From Tubulanus polymorphus (Eukaryota; Animalia; Nemertea): DNA of 64,000 bases. Location of the stretch: assembly GCF_964204645.1 (NCBI RefSeq), contig NC_134030.1:789355-853354 (forward strand). Reading direction: 5' to 3'. A program made the translations under genes and the position numbers. Below are positions 34,710-47,304 of this stretch, in pieces (positions within the stretch are counted from its first letter, which is position 1; the number at the start of each line of letters is the position of its first letter). The notes under the pieces were generated by a model. It did no database searches, was not told the origin of the DNA, and was given only the letters and a program-made list of their open reading frames with translations.

Positions 34710-35872
34710 ATGACTGTGCAAATTTTCCCCTCACTGGTCGCTGTTCACTCCATTGGTTGCAGCTATGAACAATCATCTCATTGATTGTGCATACTTTCCC
34801 CTCACTGGTTTGCGATATAATTCCCCCTCACTGGTTGCTGTTCACTCCATTGGTTGCAGCTATGAACAATCATCTCTTTTGATTGTGCATACTTTTCCCT
34901 CACTGGTTGCAGTTCATTCCATTGGTTGCAGCTATGAACAATCATCTCATTGATTGAGGATTCTTCCCCCTCACTGGTTGCAGTTCTCTCCATTGGTTGC
35001 AGCTATGAACAATCATCTCATTTATTGTGCATACTTTCCCCTCACTGGTTGCAGTTCACTCCATTGGTTGCAGCTATGAACAATCATCTCATTGATTGTG
35101 CATACTTTCCCCTCACTGGTTGTCACTTCATTCGTTGCAGCTATGAACAATCATCTCATTGATTGAGGATACTTCCCCCTCACTGGTTGCAGCTCACTCC
35201 ATTGGTTGCAGCTATGAACAATCATCTCATTGATTGTGCATACTTCCCCCTCACTGGTTGCAGTTCACTCCATTGGTTGCAGCTATGAACAATCATCTCA
35301 TTTATTGTGCATACTTTCCCCTCACTGGTTGCAGTTCACTCCATTGGTTGCAGCTATGAACAATCATCTCATTGATTGTGCATACTTTCCCCTCACTGGT
35401 TGCAGTTCATTCCATTGGTTGCAGCTATGAACAATCGTCTCATTGATTGAGCATACTTCCCCCTCACTGGTTGTCACTTCATTGGTTGCAGCTATGAACA
35501 ATCATCTCATTGATTGTGCATACTTCCCCTCACTGGTTGCAGTTCACTCCATTGGTTGCAGCTATGAACAATCATCTCATTGATTGAGCATACTTCCCCC
35601 TCACTGGTTGCAGTTTGCTCAATTGGTTGCAGCTATGAACAATCATCTCATTGATTGTGCATACTTCCCCCTCACTGGTTGCAGTTCATTCCATTGGTTG
35701 CAGCTATGAACAATCATCTCATTGATTGTGCATACTTACCCCTCACTGGTTGTCACTTCATTGGTTGCTATGAGCTATGAACAATCATCTCATTGATTGT
35801 GCATACTTCCCCCTCACTGGTTGTCACTTCATTGGTTGCAGCTATGAACTATCATCTCATTGATTGTGCATG
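34710..35872. repeat. 71-bp minisatellite, about 16 copies (shorter arrays at 28978-29435 and 31748-32135)
   Basis: TTGATTGTGCATACTTTCCCCTCACTGGTTGCAGTTCACTTCATTGGTTGCAGCTATGAACAATCATCTCA repeated. Confidence 0.95.
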
Positions 35873-36554
35873 GGTAAATTACTGCAGAATCAACATCTCC
35901 TTCGAATGTAAAGACGAAATGTGACATTGACGAACAGTCAGTAACTTCAGGCGAGGCTGATATTGAGTTTTCTTCCTTTACCTTCTTCAAGTGTCAAAAT
36001 AGATGTGACATTTACTGAATTGTTGGTGACAAACAACACTGATTGCTGCTTTAGTTGATTACGGGTTGTTGATTACTGCTGCATCTCAATGGCGTCGCTG
36101 ATAACTGCCATAAACTACATCTCTCCTTTGGTGTAAGTGAAAATGTTAACATTCACATTTTCATCATTTCATTTGAATGTACAGTCACTCTGCGATATAT
36201 CTTAAATCTTCAGTTGGTAGTTCCATGTATACTGGCAAATCGTGTACAGTTAAAATGGAAAATCGCAATTGAGCAAACATGATTAAGTATCACAATTTGC
36301 CAGCATCTGTATACATGGAACCACCACCCGAAGATTGACATATTTACGTAGCTATCACATGACAGCATCTTTGACTATATACAGTTAAAATGGTAAAACG
36401 CAATTGAGCAAACGTGATTAAGGATCACAATTTGCCAGCATCTGTACACATGGAACCACCACCCGAAGATTGGCATCTTTGACTATATACAGTTAAAATG
36501 GAAAATCGCAATTGAGCAAATGTGATGAGGTATCACAATTTCTATACAGAAAAT

Positions 36555-37330
36555 GATTGGTGATGAAAGTTAAGTTAAAGAAAGTTAAGTGTTACAAAAC
36601 ACTGTGGGTGAATTACTGTTAAATCAAAAGTTGGTGATGAAAGTTAAGTGTAACAAAACACTGTGGGTGAATTACTGCTAAATCAAAAGTTGGTGATGAA
36701 AGTTAAGTGTTACAAAACACTGTTGGTGAATTACTGTTAAATCAAAAGTTGGTGATGAAAGTTAACTGTTACAAAACACTGTTGGTGAATTACTGTTAAA
36801 TCAAAAGTTGGTGATGAAAGTTAAGTGTTACAAAACACTGTGGGTGAAATTCTGTTTAATCAATAGTTGGTGATGAAAGTTAAGTGTTACAAAACACTGT
36901 TGGTGAATTACTGTTTAATCAAAAGTTGGTGATGAAAGTTAAGTGTTACAAAACACTGTGGGTGAATTACTGTTTAAATTAAAAGTTGGTGATGAAAGTT
37001 AAGTGTTACAAAACACTGTGGGTGAATTACTGTTAAATCAAAAGTTGGTGATGAAAGTTAAGTGTTACAAAACACTGTGGGTGAATTACTGATTAATCAA
37101 AAGTTGGTGATGAAAGTTAAGTGTTAAAAACACTGTTGGTGAATTACTGTTAAATCAAAAGTTGGTGATGAAAGTTAAGTGTTACAAAACACTGTGGGTG
37201 AATTACTGTTAAATCAATTGTTGGTGATGAAAGTTAAGTGTTAAAAAACACTTTTGGTAAATTACTGCTAAATCAGTCAGTAGTGATAAATTAGTGATTA
37301 AATAAGTTAAATGTTACAAAACACTGTGGT
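36555..37330. repeat. ~60-bp minisatellite, about 12-13 copies (shorter arrays at 29735-29920 and 32430-32790)
   Basis: TTGGTGATGAAAGTTAAGTGTTACAAAACACTGTGGGTGAATTACTGTTAAATCAAAAG repeated. Confidence 0.95.
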
Positions 37331-37611
37331 TGAATTAGTAAGAAGTTTAGTGTTAAAATTTAAGTTTAATCCCTTCTCCTTCCCTTCTTGAATTGACAAG
37401 TAAATTCTGACATTAACTGAATTGTCAGTGACTTGTACTCCACTTAAGGAGTGATAAAATTGTCAGCATCTAAACTCTGATGATGAGGTTAACCAGTTTC
37501 TAAGTCTGTGAGCCGACAGTGTAAAAAACTGTTAGAATTCAAATTGTTTTAAACATCTTCAGAAAGATGGTTGATCATCGTAAACACTGGTGAAAACAAT
37601 TGACATCTCAA

Positions 37612-37760
37612 TTTGCACTTGACTTCCCACTTTGCACTTGACGTCTCACTATGCACTTGACGTCCCACTATGCACTTGACGTTTCACTTTGCACTTGACG
37701 TCTCACTTTGCACTTGATGTCTCACTTTGCACTTGACGTCTCACTTTGCACTTGCACCGA
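37612..37760. repeat. 19-bp tandem repeat, about 7 copies
   Basis: ACTTTGCACTTGACGTCTC repeated. Confidence 0.9.
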
Positions 37761-38029
37761 CGCATCAATTGCACTAAACAGCACTGGCACACCCGCGGGT
37801 CCATGCGCATGGTAAGCAAATTGATCAGCATGCAGCATGCCATCTTTGTGTGTGGAAAGAATTTACAAACAGCTGTGAGTTTAAAATTAAGGAACATTAA
37901 GAAACGTATTATTTGTATCATTCCTTGTACAATCTCAAATAACGATGATGTAAAGAAAAATATAATAGCAATTTTATGATAGTAAAAATATCAAAATGTC
38001 AAATAGTTAAATATCAATTTGTAAAACAA

Positions 38030-38990
38030 GAGGAAAGAGGAAGATGAAAGTACCAGAAAGAGAAGTGTTGGATTGGTGTCTGTTGTCAGCAGAAATCTGA
38101 GGTACTCTACTGAGGAATCTCCACGCCCCAAACAGAGAGTTCAAGATGATACTGAAAGTTCCTGAGGTTCTGAGAAATTTCACTAAGTAAAGACTATAAA
38201 TCAGGTATAGTATAAATTGCTATAAATTTCTTTGTTGATAAGAATGTTCTCAACTAGGACGGTAAGTTAGTATTACATGTATTTCATATTTCCCTGTTGT
38301 AGCGTGTATTGATTTGGTCATCAAGTACAAAATACCAAACGATTGACAGGAAACATTCAGGATTGTTCCAGTTACTGTTGAGAAATATTCAAGGTGTCAC
38401 GAGTGTGAATCAACTATAAGTCAGGTAAATGTGTACTTGATATAAATTTCTTTGCAGGAACAGTCGACTCAAAGAAGATGGTTACTTTTATTTTATGTAT
38501 TTTTGTTGTAGCCAGTGGACTGTTGTTGTTAGAGACGCTCAAAACCAGAGGAAAGGAAACATCAGAGTTCAGGAAGTGTTGAGCAAATTCCTCAAGGTCC
38601 GAGTCATGAATCTGAATTGACTATAAATCAGGTAAAATTGAAATTAGATGAATTTTGTTTTTATGAAGAGTCATGAATGAAAATCATAGTTTATATTTAG
38701 TACATTGTTGTTGTAGTTAGTATTGAGTTATTCGTCACACAATACCAGATATCAAGATGGAAACGATACCAATGATGCAGATCAATTTGTTCATGAAAAA
38801 CCTAAGAGTCATGTGTCTGAATCTACTAAAAATCAGGTATAATCGAAATCTATTTTCAAGAAGAGCCTCAAAAATGATATCATTATTCATATTTTGTGTT
38901 TTGTCATTGTAGTTTTGAGCTTGTGGTTGGCTGTAGAATATCAGCTGACAGGAAAAGATCAAATCAGAGATGCTGACCATTTTCTCTGTC
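38030..38990 (+). pseudogene. Decayed gene built from tandem ~120-nt exons (~205-bp period)
   Basis: Segments 38303-38424, 38512-38631 and 38717-38836 are bounded by TTGTAG and TCAG|GTA. The third is open (LVLSYSSHNTRYQDG..STKNQ); the second has one stop. Confidence 0.5.
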
Positions 38991-39001
38991 AATTCAGTGA
39001 C

Positions 39002-39540
39002 TGTTACCACGAGTTATCGTAGTTCCAGAGATGCCGACCAATTTCTCCGTCAAATCGGAACTTTCAGTGTTTGTTACCGCACGTAGTTCCAGAGATGCCG
39101 ACCAATTTCTCCGTCAAATCAGAACTTTCAGTGTTTGTTACCGCGAGTTATCGTAGTTCCAGAGATGCCGACCAATTTCTCCGTCAAATCAGAACTTTCA
39201 GTGTTTGTTACCGCGAGTTATCGTAGTTCCAGAGATGCCGACCAATTTCTCCGTCAAATCAGAACTTTCAGTCATTGTTACCACGAGTTAGCGCAGTTCC
39301 AGAGATGCCGACCAATTTCTCCGTCAAATCGGAACTTTCAGTGTTTGTTACCACGAGTTATCGTAGTTCCAGAGATGCCGACCAATTTCTCCGTCAAATC
39401 GGGACTTTCAGTGTTTGTTACCGCACGTTAACGTAGTTCCAGAGATGCCGACCAATTTCTCCGTCAAATCAGAACTTTCAGTGTTTGTTACCGCGAGTTA
39501 GCGTAGTTCCAGAGATGGCGAGGAATTTCTCCGTCAAAAA
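39002..39540. repeat. 70-bp minisatellite, about 8 copies
   Basis: GTTACCGCGAGTTATCGTAGTTCCAGAGATGCCGACCAATTTCTCCGTCAAATCAGAACTTTCAGTGTTT repeated. Confidence 0.95.
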
Positions 39541-40412
39541 GCAGAGAGATATTTCACTGTTGAGGAATTCTCTGTGTTAATAATCATGACTTGTCATTTT
39601 AAGTTTATTTATCATAAGAGCTGATTGATAGCTTCAGTATAGGTTGAATGTAAATACAAATTGTACATCTATTGAAAAATAAATATGAATTGATGGTTTG
39701 ATTGGCTGGATTGTTGTTGAATCTGATTGTGGGTTATCAATTACTGATTTGCTACGACTTGTTTTAAATGCATACATTTCAAGGAGCTTATTTTTGTTGT
39801 GTTGGTTAAATAATTTTGTAAATGATAATTGAGGACGTCAAACGTTGGTTTAGAGTTTTGTTACAGTGATTAATGTGAGCACTGTGAGATTGTACTCATA
39901 ACTTTGCGTTTGTTTTTGTAAATACATTTATTTCTTTAAAATGATTGTTTTTGTGTTGCATCACATTCTGACGATGTTAAACTCTTAACTCAAGATACAC
40001 AGTTTGCTCTTGACTTGTTTGATTATTATATTGATGAATACATTGATTTTATGGTGTTTGATTATCTGTTGAACTATTGTTTATGAATTCCAATTGAACT
40101 ACTAACCACTAGTTGTTTTAACATCAGTATCATCAGTGGTCAGTTGTTCGCTACAAATTGTATGTGTTATTTTTTCTTTATATAATGTACGGTGGACTCT
40201 CTCTTAACTGGAATCATTTCAAGTCTTGTTACTTTTATCCTGGAGTTATCATTCTCCAAGCTTACATCGGACTAAACACATTGAACTATTTCATTGAAAT
40301 TCTTTTATCTGCAGGTGACAATTATCACCTTGTCTTAATTGATTCGAGTTAGTCAAGTCTATTGTAGATAGATTCTTTTTTCTCTGGAAGTGAATTGAAT
40401 GAAATGAGACGA

Positions 40413-40571
40413 CAGTTGAACCTCATTGAACCCTCGATTCTGTTCAAGACAAAACCTGTTTATTACGATCAGATTTCCAGCAGGTCCCGGCAAATTTACA
40501 TCGATCCTTATTTGGATAATACAACAATTTCACTTCGCCCATAATATTTGTAGTTAACTAAGGTTCCACTG
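40413..40571. mobile_element. Tc1/mariner-type MITE, diverged
   Basis: CAGTTGAACCT ... AGGTTCCACTG|TA, with ends like those of 11486-11638. Confidence 0.55.
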
Positions 40572-41071
40572 TAAAATGAGGACTTCAAACCATTCTCACT
40601 GTTGTAGAGACTTTCTTTATTAAAGTTATCAGTCTGATTACTCCTAGATTATATTAATGCATGTATCAATCTGCAGCAGCTTGGCACTACCCTGAGGATA
40701 CTACAGTGCCCACCCATACCCTTCGGACTTGTCACCTTCTACATAATCTGAAGTGATCTTGAAACACAGCTTGAACCATCCACCCCTTTCAGAATGTCTG
40801 GGGTCCAGGTTACAGATTGACACCTTTCACTACGACTCGGCTAGGAGTAATCGGACCGATCTTGTCCCATTACTCTAAGGTCTCGGAGACTTTCATGTAT
40901 TTGACTATTTATGCAGCTACCAACCTGCATTTAGGACACTAATTCATCCTTTAATGGAATAATAATCAATTTGTCTTTTCTCAATTGTTTCCTTGAGTAT
41001 ATTCTGTACTACACTGAAAAATAACTGTACCCGGTACAAACTCCATCGATAGTTACTCTAGCTATTTCTGA

Positions 41072-41385
41072 TCGGCCCTGATGCTGTTTAGAGGATGTAC
41101 AGGGGTGTCCCGGGTTCGAACTCAGTAATTACTGATACTGATTCCGAGTGGTCCTGATGCTGTATAGAGAAGAACAGGAGTGTCCCGGGTTCGAACCTAG
41201 TAATTACTGACACTGATTCAGATTGGTCCTGATACTGAATAGAGGATGTACAGGGGTGCCCCGGGTTCGAACCCAGTAATTACTGACACTGATTCAGAGT
41301 GGTCCTGATGCTGAATAGAGGATGTACAGGGGTGTCCCGGATTCGAACTCAGTAATCACTGATATTGATTCAGAGTGGTCCTGGT
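41072..41385 (+). repeat. 76-bp tandem repeat (4 copies) with tRNA-like A/B-box motifs
   Basis: GGTCCTGATGCTG at ~41074, 41149, 41225 and 41301; each unit contains CCCGGGTTCGAAC and TTC(C/A)GAGTGG. Confidence 0.85.
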
Positions 41386-41639
41386 GGAGGCCGGTGTCCC
41401 GAGAGGCATTTCCTTATGATTCCAATAAGAGTAAAGACAACGATGCAGTTAAAAGATAACGACAGTTGTAACGATTTGGAATATTAGTTTTTTTCTGAAA
41501 TTAGAATTATTTAGACACGATTTGAATTGTTGAAGTCACGGATCCCAGACGCCGGATCATCGTGGCGTTACCACCTAACTTCTTTATTCAATATAGTATA
41601 TTTGTATTGACTTTGACTGTACCGTGCTGCCACCGTTTC

Positions 41640-41945
41640 TAAAATCCAAGATGGCCGCGCCCACGAACCTGCGAAAAAAATAAGCATGGCGAAAGCGCAA
41701 CTTGCTAATTAACATGTTTGACCTTATTTGACATGCATCGAGAATGTAAAATGGAGGATGGGCACCCGGTAACCAGTCTAGATAGAGACCGCTAACCAGT
41801 ATAAAGAAGACAGAGACCGGTAACCAGTCTACATTCAGTATTCTTCTAGAGACCGCTAACCAGTCCGATTAAAATCAGGCTCTGGCGGCTTGCATCGAGC
41901 CGTATATTTGAATTGAATTGGGTTAATATTGCGCATGCGTAAAGA
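41640..41945 (+). promoter_or_regulatory. Promoter region of the NKAPD1-like gene
   Basis: YY1-like CAAGATGGCCGC (~41647) and NRF1-like TGCGCATGCG (~41930) lie upstream of the ATG at 42027. Confidence 0.45.
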
Positions 41946-42026
41946 GTGTATTTCCGTATTTCCGTGTCTGATTCTCCTCTCAGAAGTGGATTTGTGTGGA
42001 ATTGTGGAACTGTGTTGATATCTTTG

Positions 42027-45000
42027 ATGTTGTCACGACATTCAAAGGTTTATCTTAAAAACGTTATTCGTCACACTGATGCCCATAACAAGGTAATCCG
42101 CCGTGCGGCCCCTCCCCTCGCTCTCCCTCCCGACCCGGCGCCGTCGCGTCATACCAAATCATCAAAGTCGCAAACGGCAACGCTGTAGTCAGTAACCTGT
42201 CTGTGGTTTAGTTTCACAATCGGATATTTTTGTATGAAATCTTTGTCAGCCAATTTGACTGACGAGTAATTTGCCTGGCATTTCATTGTCTCTTAAGATA
42301 TCCGTCTAATTTTTGTTGTAATCGACGCACAACAGATTCGTAGTTTGTCTGATACCTATAACACCTCACCTGACGATCTTAATCCATGTGCAAATCGGCC
42401 GTAAAGTGAGAGTAAATTTCCGTCGGGTCAACAGCTGCCATTTTGAAAATTACTGGAGGTGCTGGCACCTGTGGACTGAGGCCAGGACAACAGCACAAAC
42501 TAACGAAGCGAAACGACGAAATTGAAAAAAATTAAGAAATCAACACTTATTCACATTTTTCTTTTACCAGAATTTATTATAATATAATTTAATATGGAAA
42601 ACCTGAAGATTTGAAATATAAGTTGGAAAACCATCAAAAATAAAAATTGTCGTTTCGTCTTGAAAGTTTTATATAAATCCTTGTAGGTCCCCTTGTCTTA
42701 TCATGCCACATGTGCAATACAGAGAAATGGCGGCCAATGGCGAAATTGGTGGAGAAATTAATTAATTTCTCAAAATAATGTTGATTAACCACTCGAAACA
42801 TACATAAAATTGGATTATTTCGAAAGGTACCTGTGTTAGATTGTGAATTAAGCCATTAATTGTGGACTGAAGTGAAAAGAAAGTATATTTTTGAAGTGTT
42901 ACTTTTTTCAACCGTGTTTTGGTCCTTGTCATCCCTAACGTTGGTATAAGCCCATCCGATTATAAAAAGCTTACCACCAACGATTAGGTAACTAACTACA
43001 AACGCTGCTGACACTGAAGTGAACGCCAATCGGTTCCATCGATCCAGGCCAGAGCCTGCTCGGCCCTGACGCACTCGTCGACATAGGCATGTTTGATGTT
43101 GTTGGTAACGAAGTTAATATGTTGTTGGTTATTAAAAACCTATTCTCGCGTTGCATATTCGAAAATTTGTTTTCTAGTCCACCACCCCCTAAATCCACCT
43201 TGACTGTTGGTCAAAGCCAAACGTGTGGTTTTGAACCTGATGGCATCGAGACTCGACCCGACAAACAAGACTCGAACGCTTATTAGCCAATCAGATATCC
43301 CGTTTTATTTGAGCCCGGGATTTCCCAATTTATAGTTCTTCCGTGAAATTTACCTCAGCGATTATACAACGTGCGGACGGTCTAGTGTGGTTCAGTGAAG
43401 CGATGCCTATAGGTTCGAATCCCCGTCAGAGGGAGGAACATGGCAGAGTCAAACGTTGTCATCAGGTTCGAATCCCTGCCAGGGATCATGGATGAAGTGA
43501 CATTTAAAATTATATCGGCATATTTTATAATCTCTTTATAATTGCGTTTCTAAAAATGGTTAAATTTGTCGATAGATAAATAAAATATTGAATTGTATTT
43601 AATTGAAGGTCGTTGAAGAAGACGAAATGTGGAAAGATCATCATAAACGTAAACATCATGGTCGTCACGGCGATAGGAGTCGTTCTCCTGCGTCCTCGGG
43701 GAGACTGTGGTCGCGATCGAGCGGCGGAGTGAGGTCGCGAGTCGACGAGGTTCCTCACACGTACATGGATCGTATTGTATCTCCGATATCTACGAAAAAA
43801 CTCAGCGTCGCCAAAAACAATCGTCTCATCGCCCCCGACGACAAGTATGTATCTCGTATTGTTGCGTAATGTTTGACGAAATCTTCGTACGCTTTCTAGT
43901 ACGACATTTAAAACAGCGAGGCAGAAAACCCTACTGATCTTCTTAGTTATTTGTGAACAGCTAATTTAATTGCGTTGAATGTAATATTTCATGGGGGGAT
44001 AAATTCACCCTTCCAACCCCTTCTAATTTTGCGCAGAAAATTCAACAAACGAATGAATTCAGATGACCTGAAAATGGTCAGAAACCCCCCCCCCCCCTCC
44101 CCCCTTTTATACTAGATTAAGTTCTCAAGGGTGAGCCCCAAAGCCCGCTACAGTGGAACCTCGTAACAGTGAACTTCACTGGACCTGAAAATCTGTTTGT
44201 TATGAATATGATAGTTTGTTATATCCCAGTACGAAATTAATCGGATTGTCTTAATATCGTTGAATGCAAGTTTGTTAAGAGGTTCCACTCTACGATGACC
44301 TGTGGCGCTCGCGTGGCCAAATTTGCCCTTTTCTTGACAAATAAAGAGTTCACCCCTTCAAACAATCCTATAGATCCACCCTTGTATTAATCCACCAGTT
44401 TAGAACAGTAACATTTTAAGTTTGTAGTTGACTTTTATTAAACGCCCCTCAAATTGAATACCGGTAATTGTGGTCCTGGTGGAACGCTGATCGGTAAATA
44501 ATTATATCTCTGATTTGTGTTTATTATTTTTGAAGGTGGGGTCATAGCGGTTTCGCCGAGTTATATCCTGAAGATTGTCCCGAATCTGACAGACCGGCGT
44601 CGTCGAACCAACAACAATCGGACGAACCGATAAAACATCGTCGTGCGCGCAAACGCTCGTCGTCGCCGCCGTCGAATTTCAACTCGGGTGCACCGGCGGC
44701 AGCGCCACCTCGTGGACGACGCCCGAAACATTTACAACAACCGTGGAACGATCGTATTCATAGCGCGTTCCGCGGCGTTGAGCCGAGCGAGAGAGAGAAA
44801 AAAGAGGAGAAACGTTTGAAGAGTAAAATAGTGATGAAAACTACGACAACGACGAAACAATCGCAAGAGTCGACGCCGGTGACACCAGCAGCAGCGGCGG
44901 ATACTTCACGGGAACGAGGCGAACGTAAAGATCGTAATTATAGACGACAAAATAGAGATAAGAGTTTGGATAATGAGAAATCCCGGAAACAGAGCCAACA

Positions 45001-46798
45001 GTCCGGGGAACGTGGTGGTAGATCAGAGGAACGTGGTGGTAGATCGGAGGAACGTGGTGGTAGATCAGAGGAACGTAAAGATAGATCAGGGGAACGTAAA
45101 GATCGGTCAGGGGAACGTAGAGATCGGTCAGGGGAACGTAAAGATCAGTCAGAGGAACGTAGAGATTTGTCAGGGGAACGTAAAGATCGGTCAGAGGAAC
45201 GTAAAGATCGTTCAGGGGAACGTAAAGATCGGTCAGAGGAACGTAAAGATCGTTCAGGGGAACGTAAAGATCGTTCAGGGGAACGTAAAGATCGTTCAGG
45301 GGAACTACGACGGTCTCTACGTAAACGTGATGACCGTTCACGGAGTTCCGATCGGAAAAAGACTGTCGATTCTTCCTCGAAATCGAGTAGTAACCGTGGC
45401 GATACAGGAGACCCCCCACGGAGTAAAACAACATCTCATCATCATCACGAACATCAAAAAACATCATCACAGATCAACAAGAAAACTGACGAAAATTCAT
45501 TGAAAAATGGTGATAGTCATCACGACGACAATCGCCAAGGTGATAGTCGCCATGGCGATTCGTCTAAAGAGAAGAAACGGCGTATTGTTGCGCGTAGTCC
45601 GTCTCAGTCACCACCACCTTCTCCCCCTACCAGTCCTATAGCTTCTCCCCCTTCATCGCCGCAATCGAATATTCCAATCGAACGCAACAGTTCAAAGCGT
45701 AAACGATCTAAAAGTCCGCGGCAACATCGCAACAATCGGCAACAATTGAATAAACAATGTTTGTCAGCGGATGCATCATCAATGGCAACAAAACGTCTTG
45801 CGAGAACTGATAGTTTGTCGGAGGGTGAAATTATTGATTCAGAGGAGGAGCAGCTGAGAGCAGTAACTAATCTATCGGATATTACGTTACCTCCTCCCGC
45901 TGTGGCTCCTCCCGCTACTGTACCGATAGTGGCTCCACCTACACCTCAAATAGAGAAACACATCGCCGCCACGGAGCCCGTTGACACCATCGTCATAGCA
46001 GCGAAATCAGAAATCAATTTTACCGGTTTTAAAATCTCTGGTAAAACTAAAAAACTGAAATTGGATTGTAAATATTCGATAGAGAGCGACGAAGGGGAAG
46101 GAGGAGAGGGCGACTCGATAAAACAAAAACCATTAGATTCAACAACCGCAAAACAAGAAGAGATCACACCCGCAAAAAAAGAGATCACAACAGAAAAACA
46201 AGAGGAGTTAACACCAGCAAAACAAGAGTTTACAACAGCAAAACAAGAGTTACAACTCATGAAACAAGAGGAAGAGACAAAAGAGCCGAAAGTCTTGCAG
46301 CCGGAAAAACCGTCGAGACAAGAAATTCCTTCGAAAAAAGAGAATCTTTCTAGGGATAAATCCACGAAATCCGACGGTTCGACGTCGCGAAGACATAAAG
46401 ATAAAACACTGGCGCCCCCGGCGGAGAAAACGAGAACTAGTAAAACATCGAAACAAGAAACGACGAAACAGAAGAAATCGAAATCGTCGGAAAAAGCGAA
46501 GAATAAAATTCACGATCGTCGCACGAAAAACAGGAAACGTAAACTGAGTTCGTCGAGTTCCAGTTCGAGTAGCAGCAGCAGCAGCAGCGGCAGCAGCAGC
46601 AGCAGCGGTAGTAGTTCAGATTCCAGTCAGTCGGATAGTTCAACACAACTGACTAAACCACGACCACCACAACCAGCAGCAGCAGCAGCATCCAAGAAAA
46701 AACAACGTCATTATTCATCATCATCTTCATCTTCTACATCCTCAGCAGCAGCATCTCCATCTCCTCGCAAAAAACATAAAACTCTTAAAAAACGATAG
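42027..46798 (+). CDS. NKAPD1: NKAP domain-containing 1 (C11orf57)-like protein, 3 coding exons, 854 aa
   Basis: Exons 42027-42092, 43609-43844 and 44536-46798 join in frame at GT-AG sites. KVYLKNVIRHTDAHNK|VVEEDEMWK and K|WGHSGFAELYPED match the two conserved NKAPD1 blocks; a long Arg/Ser/Lys-rich tail follows. Confidence 0.88.
43370..43486 (+). mobile_element. tRNA-derived SINE-like sequence with two B boxes, intronic
   Basis: GGTCTAGTGTGG (A-box-like), then AGGTTCGAATCCC at 43411 and again at 43464. Confidence 0.5.
44151..44290. mobile_element. Tc1/mariner-type MITE in NKAPD1 intron 2
   Basis: TA|CAGTGGAACCTC ... GAGGTTCCACTC|TA; interior similar to 11486-11638. Confidence 0.7.
45001..45306 (+). 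repeat. 21-bp coding repeat encoding (S[GE]ER[KRG][DG]R) about 14 times
   Basis: TCAGGGGAACGTAAAGATCGG variants within NKAPD1 exon 3. Confidence 0.95.
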
Positions 46799-47304
46799 AC
46801 GAACAGTTATAAACCGGCTACCGCCCGATAACATTGTTACTATGGTAATTGACTTGCTAATGCGGTTGTTGCTATCGACGATGGTTACTGCGGGTGATAC
46901 GTCTACTGTTTTATATTTATCGCATTTATAAAGACAGATGGCTGCCGCAGGTTTAGTTCTATATTTCACCAGTAGATGGCTGCGGCGTGGTTTAGTTATA
47001 TAATTATGTATATATATTTTTAATTCCTGCTCATCTTTGCTTTTTAACGTATTACGTGTAAATTTATTAATTGAATTCAAATGAAGATATTTTTTTTTAA
47101 TGAAATTTTCCCTCACTTAATAACGGGTGAATGCAGTTTATTTGTGTGAACACTAGAGGTCACCGCTGGTCTTACTCTGTACAGTAACTGTATATCATGT
47201 ACACAACTTGTACAAATTTGACGTATTTGTAAAATGTAAATGAAGTTTTAAATTAGGTCGATGTTAATTCGTACCGGGTGTATTGAGAATAGAATTCCAA
47301 TACA

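Larger units (their letters stand above)
27295..37330. repeat. Tandem triplication of a ~2.8-kb composite unit containing nested minisatellites
   Basis: Unit starts at ~27295, 29985 and 32857; near-identical landmark ORFs at 27871, 30641 and 33512. Each unit has a CT-rich tract, a TTGTAAAT ~42-mer, a 71-mer and a 58/60-mer array. Confidence 0.95.

Noticed and set aside
27871-35430. Recurrent short ORFs (MIFIYLSCG.., MTVHTFPSLV.., MNICCWSKQ..)
   Set aside because: Translations of minisatellites and of the 2.8-kb triplication; no recognisable domain or splice structure.
42856-43286. Nested small gene in NKAPD1 intron 1 (hydrophobic 72-aa ORF)
   Set aside because: Non-ATG start, no recognisable motif and no convincing exon chain; cannot be supported without expression data.
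41072-43486. Functional tRNA genes at the GGTTCGAA motifs
   Set aside because: B boxes are present, but I could not build acceptor, D and anticodon stems; treated as SINE-derived.
44841-46646. Overlapping and antisense ORFs (209, 176 and 139 aa, etc.)
   Set aside because: Shadow frames of the repetitive NKAPD1 exon 3.
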